A stretch of DNA of 63,999 nt, counting the filler, from Stramenopiles sp. TOSAG23-3 (taxonomy: Eukaryota), in assembly GCA_900128585.1 (NCBI GenBank). It is 5 parts of 5 records of this genome, joined end to end, with 100 filler letters (N's around TTAATTAATTAA, not from the genome) between each part and the next. Parts side by side here need not be neighbours in the genome. Positions count along the whole stretch, not along the records: positions 15,589 to 31,035 come from LT642521.1; 4 more parts are not named here. The stretch is one strand, 5' to 3'. Under the pieces are notes generated by a model that was not told the DNA's origin, did no database searches, and saw only the letters and a list, made by a program, of their open reading frames with translations. Position numbers and translations under genes: made by a program. Below are positions 20,628 to 31,135 of this stretch, in pieces. Every line of letters starts with the position of its first letter. The first letter of the stretch is position 1.

Positions 20628-22541
20628 ATGGAAGAAGGGGGTGCTGGTACCGCGATGGTGCCTTTGGAGGTGGGTACTGGCCTACCGCATATAATGATCA
20701 GAAAGAACTCTTCGAAATCAAATCTTAGCCTTGAGATGCAAAGGACCAAGCTCACGTTCAGGGCATTCTTGAATCCACGCTCATTTATTTGCTTCGTTGC
20801 AATGGTATTGTTCATTGCCGGATATTCGTTTCTCCTTGTATCTTACGAGAACAGTATTGCCAGTGGACATTTATTCCGAGTTGTCCTGCTCTTTGCACGT
20901 GCGCTACTGTTTGTAGCCATAGGCCTGGCTGGAACAAATATATTTGTTTATGTAAAAGCGACAAAGGGGGATATTCTGGAGAAACCATTTGAACGACCGA
21001 TCGTCGCCAAATCCCGTGCAATAACAAAATGCAAAAATATGAAACATCGTTACCAATTGATTCAAAATCACATATATGAAGTGTTCAACACCAACGGGAA
21101 ATTCTACTTGTGGCGATTGTATGGGGCCGAGGTTATTGAATCATTGTACCAAATCTTCAACCTCAATATTTATGCTTGCGTGCTAACTCCCGTGAACCTT
21201 TTGGTACACTGTCTAATTATGGCATCCGAGAGTATGTACCGAATGTATCGACTTAGAGACTTAGATGGGCCAATCGATAATCGCAAGAAAAAGGTCGAAG
21301 TCCTGGTCGACTCCCTGATTGAACTGTTTTGCATGTCTTTCCCCCTTGTGTCAATGTATTATTTCTCAAAAGTCTTTCTGAAAGACGAAGATGTAATTCA
21401 AATTTTATCTGTTCCTAGCTGCCTTCTAATGCTCAAAATCAGGATGGTGTGGAAAGAAGAGATCTTGCTAGCGCTGGACAACATCAGAATAGAAAAGGCG
21501 CTCGAGGGACTCGATGAAACAGAACGGAGAACCCGGCGACGATCTTCGTTCAGTGCAAGGGAACGGACCGTGTTGCTTCTGCAGAATAAATATTTTAGTA
21601 AAACCGTGCGTAAATGCGTCCTCGTATTTACGGCTTTAATAACGGCCTTTTATGTGAGCATTGCCGGGGTGCAGGTAGCGTCGATTTTTATGAAAGTACC
21701 GGAGTATTTCGACGCTTACTGTGACGCGAATGTACCAACTTGCACTCGTTGGTTCTCTCCCACCCCAAATTGCTTGAAGATTCACTATTTCAATCCCAAC
21801 CCAAAACATTTCGACGACACCCTTGCAAAATTTAGGAGCAATTCGGCGACCTTGGGCTTGGAGGCTTCCGGGTTGGCATCGGCAAGTGTCCTCGACGGTG
21901 CTTTTCCCAACCTCCGGAAACTCCACCTTACATTTGGGAACATGACCCATTTTAGCGCGGACATAAAGCAATGGAAAGACCTTGTTAATTTAAAAATTGC
22001 AAGTTTCGAGGCCATGGAGACGCTGCACAGTTCCTTGTTTGACAATCAACTTAGAAATTTGTTTTTGTCCAATATGCCGCTGGTCGAAAACGTACCAGAC
22101 AGCATTAGCTTACACCCGGACATTTTCATGTTTGATCGTGTTGGTAAAACAATTCCATCCGCATGGACCTTACCAGAGAAAATGCACTATATACAAATAT
22201 CTGGATATAATATTACGAGATTGCCAAAAGGAATCGAATCGGTTGAATTAGAGGAAGGCATCTTCTTCAACAACAACTTGACAACATGCTCTGCGGTGGT
22301 AAAGCATGCCATTGATTTGCGCTTTAATAATATTCCACTGGGCAGTTTTCCCACGATAACGAAAGGGGAAAAGTACGCGCACGGAAACAGACCGGGGTGC
22401 CCAGGCGGCTGGAACTGTACGCCGTTTTGTTCGAAGGAATGCTGGTCTGCTGAATACAAGAAAACATCGAGCGAATGTTATGTCGAGTGCATTGACTCAT
22501 GTGGAGTCGCTACGAGTTGTTCAAAATATATAAAAGAATAA
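20628..22541 (+). CDS. Multi-pass membrane protein with C-terminal leucine-rich repeats and a Cys-rich tail
   Basis: N-terminal hydrophobic helices, then LRR-like units (FPNLRKLHLTFG, LVNLKIASF, LRNLFLSNM, NNNLT, IDLRFNNI) and a terminal CPGGWNC..CSKEC..CYVECIDSC. Confidence 0.8.
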   Translation: MEEGGAGTAMVPLEVGTGLPHIMIRKNSSKSNLSLEMQRTKLTFRAFLNPRSFICFVAMVLFIAGYSFLLVSYENSIASGHLFRVVLLFARALLFVAIGLAGTNIFVYVKATKGDILEKPFERPIVAKSRAITKCKNMKHRYQLIQNHIYEVFNTNGKFYLWRLYGAEVIESLYQIFNLNIYACVLTPVNLLVHCLIMASESMYRMYRLRDLDGPIDNRKKKVEVLVDSLIELFCMSFPLVSMYYFSKVFLKDEDVIQILSVPSCLLMLKIRMVWKEEILLALDNIRIEKALEGLDETERRTRRRSSFSARERTVLLLQNKYFSKTVRKCVLVFTALITAFYVSIAGVQVASIFMKVPEYFDAYCDANVPTCTRWFSPTPNCLKIHYFNPNPKHFDDTLAKFRSNSATLGLEASGLASASVLDGAFPNLRKLHLTFGNMTHFSADIKQWKDLVNLKIASFEAMETLHSSLFDNQLRNLFLSNMPLVENVPDSISLHPDIFMFDRVGKTIPSAWTLPEKMHYIQISGYNITRLPKGIESVELEEGIFFNNNLTTCSAVVKHAIDLRFNNIPLGSFPTITKGEKYAHGNRPGCPGGWNCTPFCSKECWSAEYKKTSSECYVECIDSCGVATSCSKYIKE

Positions 22542-22695
22542 ATGAGTAATGGGTAACAAAGACTTGTTTGATATAACTTTTGGTGCGTACGTAACATTAA
22601 ATATATGTATAATTTGTTTTTTTACATTAAATTTATGTAAATGTACGAGTAAAGCAGACATAAAAAAATATGAACAACCTCGCACAACACAGCGT

Positions 22696-25509
22696 TTAAA
22701 CACGCGGAGGGGGCGGTGGCACGTAACCTGACATGCCTTTCTTTTTGGGCGGCGGGGGGGGCACGTAGCCTGGCATACCTTTTCTCTTCGGCGGCGGGGG
22801 GGGCACGTAGCCTGGCATACCTTTTTTCTTCGGCGGCGGAGGGGGCACATAAGCCACCGGTGCCTTTTCCACGTATGGGACCCCAACAAATTCGACAAAG
22901 TTTCCTTCTGCATCATAGAAGTAACCTTCGGCGTCTGTGTAACACCCATCTTTGTCAACGTACCCATTATATTCGTCGTAATAACCGCCATACTCATCTT
23001 TTCTACTCTCGTAGTACTCTTCCATCGCTTTCTGCAATGCGCGCGCTTCGCGCTCTTCCTCCAGCGCCTCCACGGTCCTGTACCAATCGCCACCAAGTTT
23101 TTCGCCCAAATCGTCCGCATCTGTGCTGGGATAATACTTGTACCATACGGCATGATATTCTTCGTAGATGTCGACCCCGTAGTCTTCCAGCGGGGACTCG
23201 TAAAGGATCGTTCCGTTGAGCTGGTTCTCCCAGTAACTGTACCCCTCATTCTCTTCATAGTGCTCGATCCATCGCAACTTTCTTGCGCGGTACCTGTAAT
23301 GTTCCTTTTTTTCAATCTCCTTGCGCTTTAATCGTGCTTCTTTCATGCGCCGTTTCCGTTGCCCTGCCAGTTTTTTCTTGTGCTCCCGATCGTCCGCTTC
23401 CTTCTTCAGCTGCCGCGCCCGCGCCCTCTCCTTCTTCTCCACCCGGGCCACGAGGGTGGTTCTCCCTTCGCTTGCATATTTGGCCTGGTGCGCTTTGTAC
23501 GCCAGCTCTTTGTCTTCCAAAAGTTTTGCCTTGTACTTTACACGCCGGTCGATCTCAAATTGCTCTGCTTTCACTGCATTCTTTTCCCTCTCTATTTTGT
23601 TTCTGTACTTGTTCGCGAAGAGCAACTCATTCCTCATCCGTTCGTTTTTGGCCCGCTCTTTTTCTGCTATCTGCTCTTCTACACGGCGCCTTACCCCCTC
23701 CACCTGTTTTCGGATAATCTCCTGCTCCGCTTCGCGTTTTCTCTTTTCCGCGGCCTCTTTTGCAAGAAACTCTTTTCGCAGGCGGGCGGCCTCTTTTTTC
23801 AACGCGTCTGGGTCCCGAATAATTTTTCCATCGCTACCCACGACCATTTTCATTTGCCCTAGCTCTTTCTGAAATAAACGCCTCTTCTCTTTTAATTCTT
23901 CAGCCCTTTTGGCAGCCCACTCCGCCTCTTTCTCTGCCCTAATTTTTTCCGCAGTCGTCATGGGCCGGCCGATCCTCTCCAGAATCGGGGGTGGCGCCTG
24001 CTGCATTGTCAAGGGTTGCTTTATAAGCTCACCGGAAGGGTCTACCTTTCTTCGGGCAATTCGCTTCCCGCGTCGGTGCAGCTCGGGCTGTTCAACATCC
24101 ATTTCGCGCTCTGCGCCTTTCAGCAGCTCGTCAAGCCCCACCAACCCAATTGATAGGTTTTTAATGTGCTGCAAGTAGGCAAGCACGGACTGGGGAAGAT
24201 AGTCGAAAGAAAACACTTGTCTTGCAGACCTTGGCTTTGGCTTTTTTGCTACAGGGGTCCCCATGGCCCCCTTTTGCGCCCGACGCGGCGATGGCCGGCT
24301 GCGGGGGGATGAGAATTGCGAATCGATGGAGTCTAAGCGTCGGCGCCTTTCGTGCCCTCCAATGGCACCCTCCGCGTCGACGGTCTCGATGAGCATTTGA
24401 TCGATTATTTCCGCCTGGCTAGCCCGGCGTCGTAACTTTTTTCGTTCTCTCTCTTCTTTTAACTCTATTAAATCTAAGTGCCCGTGCAACCCCTCTATTA
24501 TATTTATTGCAGCCGGGTCGTCATCCAATTGCATATCTGCCTTGCTTTGGGGCGCATTGGGCAAGCATAAACGGCTGAGCTCTATTCCATTTTTGTACCG
24601 CTCTATTGCATGGTTAAGTTCATTCTTTGGAAACAATTTCAGGGCACTGTACGAAAGAATTTTCATTTTTTTTAATGCCGCCAGTGCAACATCTTCGCCC
24701 TGGTTCCCCTTTGGGAGTCGCTGGAGCCAAATAAACAAATGCAAAGGCCCTCCGTATATCATTTGCTCTTGGCGAAAACGCGGTACGGTCTCTGGCTGAG
24801 AGAGGCAATTTTCAGCAAAGTACTTCAGCCCTGTAAGTCCCACGTACGGGATGTTGAAGCACACGTCGTCTTCGTCTATCGTCCTTGCAATCGCCATGGC
24901 CGTCAAATTCTGCGGGGCGACGTGGTTCTTGAGCAGCTTTATGCAATGGAACACTATGGTGCACACGGTCTTTGCTACCCCAAAGGCAATGCAGTGCACC
25001 GCGCAGTCTTTTTCGCACAGCAATGCAGAGAGAATTGAAAATGCCAACTTCGGCATGGCGCTGCCGAGGTTGTTGTTCGTCTCCTCCGCCAACAGGCTGT
25101 TGCGAAGAACTAACCGTAGCAACGTAGGGGCGAGCCGGGACTGGAAGACGTCGTACCCACTCAAGTCAACAAACGCTAGCTTCTTTGATGTAAGCGCAGT
25201 CAGCAACGAAGCCAACACGTTGTTCTTTAAAACGTCGCTCATTGTAGGGTCTTGTAATTGCTCTCGAACGGATTTGAAAAATGCTGCTTTTGTACCGCAC
25301 GGGAGTTTCCCCCGCCTGGTCTTTTCTGGAGACGAAGAAATGTTGGACCGTGCGTCTTTCCGCACGGAACTTTTCCTCATCATCGTAAGGCGCTCATGTT
25401 GGTTTTCGAACTGGGAGGCATTGCCGCTTCCTATGATCGGGTACAAAAGCCGCCTTTGGTTTAATTTTGAATTATCCCTAGCGTCGATGGGAGAGGCCAT
25501 ACCAAGCAT
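22696..25509 (-). CDS. Protein with ARM-like N-terminus, long coiled coil, WW domain and C-terminal polyproline repeats
   Basis: WW domain WIEHYEENEGYSYWENQLNGTILYESP, a K/E/R-rich coiled coil and a tail of (GYVPPPPPKKKGMP)n. The start is taken at the first ATG. Confidence 0.8.
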   Translation of the reverse strand: MLGMASPIDARDNSKLNQRRLLYPIIGSGNASQFENQHERLTMMRKSSVRKDARSNISSSPEKTRRGKLPCGTKAAFFKSVREQLQDPTMSDVLKNNVLASLLTALTSKKLAFVDLSGYDVFQSRLAPTLLRLVLRNSLLAEETNNNLGSAMPKLAFSILSALLCEKDCAVHCIAFGVAKTVCTIVFHCIKLLKNHVAPQNLTAMAIARTIDEDDVCFNIPYVGLTGLKYFAENCLSQPETVPRFRQEQMIYGGPLHLFIWLQRLPKGNQGEDVALAALKKMKILSYSALKLFPKNELNHAIERYKNGIELSRLCLPNAPQSKADMQLDDDPAAINIIEGLHGHLDLIELKEERERKKLRRRASQAEIIDQMLIETVDAEGAIGGHERRRRLDSIDSQFSSPRSRPSPRRAQKGAMGTPVAKKPKPRSARQVFSFDYLPQSVLAYLQHIKNLSIGLVGLDELLKGAEREMDVEQPELHRRGKRIARRKVDPSGELIKQPLTMQQAPPPILERIGRPMTTAEKIRAEKEAEWAAKRAEELKEKRRLFQKELGQMKMVVGSDGKIIRDPDALKKEAARLRKEFLAKEAAEKRKREAEQEIIRKQVEGVRRRVEEQIAEKERAKNERMRNELLFANKYRNKIEREKNAVKAEQFEIDRRVKYKAKLLEDKELAYKAHQAKYASEGRTTLVARVEKKERARARQLKKEADDREHKKKLAGQRKRRMKEARLKRKEIEKKEHYRYRARKLRWIEHYEENEGYSYWENQLNGTILYESPLEDYGVDIYEEYHAVWYKYYPSTDADDLGEKLGGDWYRTVEALEEEREARALQKAMEEYYESRKDEYGGYYDEYNGYVDKDGCYTDAEGYFYDAEGNFVEFVGVPYVEKAPVAYVPPPPPKKKGMPGYVPPPPPKRKGMPGYVPPPPPKKKGMSGYVPPPPPRV
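22705..22855 (-). repeat. Coding tandem repeat, 42-nt (14-aa) unit GYVPPPPPKKKGMP, about 3.5 copies
   Basis: Repeated ggcacgtagcctggcatacc.. units on the + strand. Confidence 0.9.
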
Positions 25510-26351
25510 ATTGGGAAATGTACCGAGGGTAGCTAGCAACCACCGGTAATTAAATTCCAATCAATCAATCAAACAATAAGTGAATGAATGGATATTTTTA
25601 ATGTTGTGCATGAGACACTGTCTTTGCTAGTAGTTTTGTTGTTCCCTTCGTTCTCTGTCTGCTCTGTTGTTGTGTATACAGAAGTACCTGCACCGTAATT
25701 TAAATTATTGTTGTATTTTTTTGATGATGATATGTCTTTTTTTTTCTTTTTTTTTTTTTAAATCCGTTATTTTTATATTATAATAATAATATATACCATC
25801 CACCACCACCAAGTCTAACAAAAAACCAAAAAATAATAAAAATAATAATAAAAAAAATATAATAAATAATACTCCTTCTTCTTCTTATGAACACCACATC
25901 CTCCTTCTTCTTCTTCCTCCTTCCACCTTCCACTCCTCCAACTTTTTTGTTTTTTTCCTTCTTTGTGTGATGATGATGGATGATTGAGACGAAGAAGACA
26001 ACAAAAAAAAATGGTAATCAATAATGAGTGTATATATTGGTAGTATATATTTTGTATGTTCTGATAACCATATCTCTGGAACTTTATACATAGACACGAG
26101 TATGTAGTTATAAAGTAATGAAACAACAGAAACCAATGTAAATGAAGACAGAGGAAAAAAGACAATGTATATCCTGGATATAGATAAAAATTAAAAAAGC
26201 AATCTGTACCGTAGTACGCAGTAGTATCACGTAGACCGCGCGGGTCAAACGAGAAGAAGTGGACGTCAACATCTTTCGCTTTGTGGTTGACTGCGGGGCA
26301 CGAAAATCAGCTGCACCCTTGATTTATCGTGGAAGTTGCACGTTTCGAAAG

Positions 26352-27539
26352 ATGAACCTTGATGATGTAGACTGGCTAGGGTTTGACCTGGACCATACGT
26401 TAGTAAAATACAAGAACAGGGCATTGGGAGAGCATATTTTCCAAGCGTGCAGCCGATACCTGTGTGAAAAACTTGGCTATCGGAAAGAAGCACTGGAGGG
26501 AGTGGTGTACGATCCTTCGTTTAATATTCGCGGCAGGGTTTGGGACTTGGCAAGTGGCGACATTCTAGAACTGAACCACGTGGGTTCGGTCACTGCCGCA
26601 TGGCACGGGAATAGGCCCCTCACCAAGGAAGAACGGGAAGAACGGTATGCGCCGAACCGCCCGTACAAAAATTTCGACAAAATCAAGACGTTTGAACGCG
26701 GCGACTTTTTTTGCTTCAATGATTTTTTTGTATCGCCTACTGTACAGCTCGTTGCCTGCCTAGTAGACGACCTGGAGGCCACCACGGGGTCGCTACCATC
26801 AGGGGTCGAAACTTACCAACCGATCTTGAACGATATATTTAAAGCCTTTGACGGAAACTTTTGCCCTGAGCATTTTGCAACGGACCATGGGTTTTATTTT
26901 CCTGCGCTTAAAGCAAATATTTCAAAATACGTTTTTGACCGCCAACATGATAATACCCGGTCTTGGTTGGAAACAATACGGCAGCCGCCCTTCAAAAAAA
27001 GGATATTCCTGTTGACTAATAGCAGCTTTGATTACAGCGAGCTGCTGCTCAATGGAGCGTTTGGCGAGAACTGGAGGGATCTGTTTGACTTGGTTGTCTA
27101 CCGCGGTGCAAAGAAGTACGGCTTTTTCGACAAAGACAATTCGGAAAAACCATTTTTACGCTACACGCCAGGAGCAGGGGTCGATGGTCCTGTCCTCACG
27201 ACAAGCATTTCAGACTATGTAGGGGAGGGGAACAAGGAGTTGATCAGTGGGAACTTGACGGAACTGACAAAATTCCTCGGCAGCGAAGCCCGCGTAGTAT
27301 ACTTTGGGGATGATATCGTCGGTGACGTATACTATTCAAAAACTAAATCAAAGTGGTCTGCCGTTGGCCTTGCCGAAGAATTGGCCCATGTTACAAAAAG
27401 TGGGGGAAACACCGCATCCACATTTACTACATGTGCAGATTCGTCCGAGACATTTCTATACTCGGCATTTCGGGAGATTGGTGACGGTGTTGTTGCTGAC
27501 TGCCAACATTTTGGTGCGTCTCCTTCTTCATCGCCCTAA
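26352..27539 (+). CDS. NT5DC1: HAD-superfamily 5'-nucleotidase domain protein (NT5DC1-like)
   Basis: GFDLDHTLVKY (HAD motif I), FLLTNS, GENWRDLFDLVV, VYFGDDIVGDV. Confidence 0.88.
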   Translation: MNLDDVDWLGFDLDHTLVKYKNRALGEHIFQACSRYLCEKLGYRKEALEGVVYDPSFNIRGRVWDLASGDILELNHVGSVTAAWHGNRPLTKEEREERYAPNRPYKNFDKIKTFERGDFFCFNDFFVSPTVQLVACLVDDLEATTGSLPSGVETYQPILNDIFKAFDGNFCPEHFATDHGFYFPALKANISKYVFDRQHDNTRSWLETIRQPPFKKRIFLLTNSSFDYSELLLNGAFGENWRDLFDLVVYRGAKKYGFFDKDNSEKPFLRYTPGAGVDGPVLTTSISDYVGEGNKELISGNLTELTKFLGSEARVVYFGDDIVGDVYYSKTKSKWSAVGLAEELAHVTKSGGNTASTFTTCADSSETFLYSAFREIGDGVVADCQHFGASPSSSP

Positions 27540-27606
27540 TCGGAAACGCGGAAGCGATATTTGGTTTTTTAAGTACATATAAAAAAAAAATTATATATGT
27601 TATATA

Positions 27607-27689
27607 GTATGCTTTAAGACTCTCATTTTAAATCAATTACTATTTCAGTTCCAACCCTAATCCTATCTTGATGGTTTAACTTGATTTTT
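27607..27689 (-). mobile_element. Partial copy (end B) of the MITE-like element
   Basis: gtatgctttaagactctcattttaaatcaattactatttcagttccaaccctaatcctatcttga matches the copies at 19781 and 40186-40281. Confidence 0.75.
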
Positions 27690-28007
27690 TAAGAATTACT
27701 ACCGGGTGATAGTATTTCTTTTCTTGTGAAAGGCGATCTGAACTCAACAGAACGATTCAAATCCCAGTCGAAGTCCCAGATAGAGTCACCCACCTTTAGA
27801 GACTCTTGTGAGTCCATAATATATCGTAAGATACATTCATTTTCCTGAAACGTGAGAAAACCGGACTCGTTAAAAACTGCAGTTGCGCACAACATGTACA
27901 CGAGTGTGCGACCGTACGCGAGTAAGTCTTACGAATTAGAGCTGTATCAAACAGCACAATATTTATATAATTTATGTATATCCTTTTTAGTTGCTTGTGA
28001 AACGACA

Positions 28008-29018
28008 TTATGGCTTGCTGCCCATATCCGCCTCCGCATCTAAGTTGGTTGGATCAGCACTCCCAGTTTCCGCTGCAGGGGGGACCTTTTCAAAGGGCAC
28101 CTCGGGCTTTTTGATGTCGGAGAAGGCGACGGTGTCTCCGGCCGCGTCCTTTTCTTTCTGAAACTTGTCCATGGTTTCCTTTTTCTCGTTCTCTTGGATT
28201 TCCCGTTCTACTTTCTGTTCTTCTGCTACTACTCGTCTGTTTTCTTTTACTATTTTCTTCTGCGACTCTTCGTCTATTTTCTCTTTCTCCGCTTGTTTCG
28301 TGTACTCTTCTTCCATCTTGGCCTTCCCTGCGATTGGGAACTTGGTACGCTGCAAGGTGGAGCCCTCGGTGGTACACATGCACTTGAAGAGCGGGATCTT
28401 GATGGCTTCGAAGGAGAGAACGTGGGAGCCGTCTTCCGGCACTTCCCGTCCAAGTTGGTACTTCTTGTAAATTTTGTCCGAATACCCGTGGCGTGGCAAG
28501 CTGGGGAAGTCGTAGTGTTTCAACAAGGTGCAGGCTTGTTCTGGTTCCGTGCGTGCAAAAAGGTTGCGAAGTTTCCAGTACACTTTGTTTGCCCCACCTT
28601 TGATTTCATTTAGGCAACCGTTGATTTTCAACCGCATTTTGGTTACTTTAAGGGCGGCCGCATCTGCCAACTTCTTCCTTTCTTCTGCCTTGGCCTTTGC
28701 GCTCAGCTTCGCACGCTTGGCCATTTCCTTCTTCAAATCTACTTGTTTATGGATTTTCTCCTCTTCTTTCGTGATAGAAGTTTGAACCTGATGCAGTTGC
28801 TCGCCGATCTCATCCTTGGCCTTTTCAACCTCTGCCATCCTATGTTGGATTTCGCTGACGTCGTCCATGTTTAGCGGCGCGCTTCTTGCCTTCTCGCCCG
28901 CTTGGATAAACGTAATGCGTTCAGAGGGGCTTCTAAGTCTCTGACGATACTGCAGCTGGGCGTGCGATACCGTCGCCGCCAAAAGCAATGCTATTGCAAG
29001 CAACACCGTGTTCTTCAT
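28008..29018 (-). CDS. Putative secreted coiled-coil protein, 336 aa
   Basis: Signal peptide MKNTVLLAIALLLAATVSHA; K/E-rich helices flank a central Cys-containing region. Confidence 0.8.
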   Translation of the reverse strand: MKNTVLLAIALLLAATVSHAQLQYRQRLRSPSERITFIQAGEKARSAPLNMDDVSEIQHRMAEVEKAKDEIGEQLHQVQTSITKEEEKIHKQVDLKKEMAKRAKLSAKAKAEERKKLADAAALKVTKMRLKINGCLNEIKGGANKVYWKLRNLFARTEPEQACTLLKHYDFPSLPRHGYSDKIYKKYQLGREVPEDGSHVLSFEAIKIPLFKCMCTTEGSTLQRTKFPIAGKAKMEEEYTKQAEKEKIDEESQKKIVKENRRVVAEEQKVEREIQENEKKETMDKFQKEKDAAGDTVAFSDIKKPEVPFEKVPPAAETGSADPTNLDAEADMGSKP

Positions 29019-29926
29019 CGTTCGAAAGTCTGAGTGGGGTGCCTTTGACTAGATTGTCTTAGTGGTGATATTTCAAAGTGCAACCAGAAGCATTTACCGT
29101 TTCCACTTCCCATTGCCACTTTTCAACCGACATCAGGTAAACCTCGTGGAACCATCGAGCGCCTGCTCGAATGGTGCCGAATGCTAAACCAAACGAACAT
29201 GGTGCTTTATTGTTTGATCAATTGCATCGTAAAGAACATTACACAGCACCAAATCCTTCTTTTGACCTGGATCGACGCCTCCGAATTAGTATTCACGTGC
29301 AATGCAAGAAACCACCAAGTACGCTATAAAACGAGATGGTCTCTTATGCTCTCTCCTTTCTAATGAATTCATCGAATACGTTTATTTAATAGGGGTAAAA
29401 CATATCGTTATTCTATCATTGTTTCTATATAGTATTTTTATTCAATAGGAATAAATATTATATAATTATAAAACATAGAAACATCAAAGGAAAACAATTA
29501 TAATGCTATCAACACCTTAGATTACCATTTGCTTCTCTTGGATCCCCCCATTTTAACTAAGTTTTTTTATGACTTCGTTTTCGAGCTCTTCCTTCTTTTC
29601 AATAATGTTGTTGTTAAGATTTAGTGAAAATTTAAATCAACACTATGTATATATTAATCTAATAATTTATGTTGTTGTTTCTTTTTTTAAGAATCGACAC
29701 CTACATGACAGTGCCAATGACGTATATTAGAATACCAGAATATACCTATTTAATTATTTCAACACCGATAGAGCATTGACTTATTTTTATCATAGGAGGA
29801 CAAATGGAACAAGAAATAGAGGACGATAGGAAAGAAGACACAGCATTGATATAACTATCATAGAAGTAGTAGAAAGAATAGAAAAATATCATCATTCATC
29901 CATCATCGATCAAACATCACAAATAA

Positions 29927-29969
29927 AGAGAAGAAGAAGAAAAGAAGAAGAAGAAGAAAAGAAGAAGAA

Positions 29970-30014
<45 letters not shown>

Positions 30015-30018
30015 AGAA
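29927..30018. repeat. Purine-rich (AAG)n/(AAAG)n microsatellite
   Basis: aagaagaag... grading into aaagaaag... Confidence 0.9.
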
Positions 30019-30402
30019 TTTGTGATTATTGATTTGATTTCAAACGATTTTACAGCATCACAGCAAAGGGGGGAAGGGTAATCACATGAAAAATAATTTC
30101 CAACTAACCCAACAAAGAAGAAGAAGCGAAAGAAGAAAGAAGAAAGAAGAAGAACAGGAAGAAAACATATTATCATAATCATACCATCAAGAACTTTGAC
30201 AGTTCTTGTATACTCTTGTTGCTTTCGCTATAATTCCTTTACTCTCTCAATGGAAAATATCTGCTTTTAGCTAATATTATCAACTTTAGTCAACCCTCAA
30301 AACTTTCGGTCAACATCAAACTAGCGCATATTTGCCTCCGTTCCGGAAACCCGAGAGAGTCCCTTTTTTTTCCAGCAGAAGATCCAAGCGAAGGAAATCA
30401 TC

Positions 30403-30921
30403 ATGCAGCACGCATCAACTATCATCGTATCAACACACAGACCAGAAAACAACCGGCCTCGGGTCGAACGGGCTAAATTAAAGCTTATTCAATGCTTGCG
30501 TGCCATTGGAAACTGTCCTGAACCTCAACGAACAGAATCATTTCAACAGAGGGCTGATATCGAAGATTTTAAGGAGTTCGAAACAATGAAATACGGTAGT
30601 AAATGGAGGGAGAAGCCGAAGGCGGTTACAGATGGTGATGAGTTTCGACAGAAAAGAATCACTCGGACCACACCGAAGACGCTGAAGAAGCCCGAAAGCA
30701 CTAACAACGCCATTAAGCCCCAGGCAAAACGTCAAATGATCACGGACAAACAATCCCTCACGCTTCGCGAAAAAATAACACTGCAGCAGGAAGATACCGA
30801 GGACGACGACTGGGCGTTTGATATCAACGACGTCGGAAAAACACGAGGCATAGGAGACCAACGGCCGCGAAAGAAAGCCCGAAAGCAGTTTGTGCAAAAC
30901 GTGACCACTTACAAAGTGTAA
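30403..30921 (+). CDS. Hypothetical protein, 172 aa
   Basis: ATG ORF with coding-like composition; no family recognised. Confidence 0.65.
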   Translation: MQHASTIIVSTHRPENNRPRVERAKLKLIQCLRAIGNCPEPQRTESFQQRADIEDFKEFETMKYGSKWREKPKAVTDGDEFRQKRITRTTPKTLKKPESTNNAIKPQAKRQMITDKQSLTLREKITLQQEDTEDDDWAFDINDVGKTRGIGDQRPRKKARKQFVQNVTTYKV

Positions 30922-31035
30922 AAACATTTTTTTAAAGTACCAATCAATTGGAATCATGACCAGAACTTGGGGAGGATCTGCAATAGGAGGAGATATTGTT
31001 CTTGAACTGACACCTTCTTTTTTCTTTAATTTTAA

Positions 31036-31135
31036 NNNNNNNNNNNNNNNNNNNNNNNNNNNNNNNNNNNNNNNNNNNNTTAATTAATTAANNNNNNNNN
31101 NNNNNNNNNNNNNNNNNNNNNNNNNNNNNNNNNNN
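31036..31135. other. Artificial contig linker
   Basis: N44-TTAATTAATTAA-N44. Confidence 0.97.

Noticed and set aside
22705..22855. CRISPR-like repeat array
   Set aside because: Tandem coding repeats without unique spacers, in a eukaryotic gene with no cas genes.
29151..29175. Small hairpin accatcgagc-gcct-gctcgaatggt upstream of the secreted-protein gene
   Set aside because: Short, single-copy and compatible with chance; no recognisable ncRNA context.
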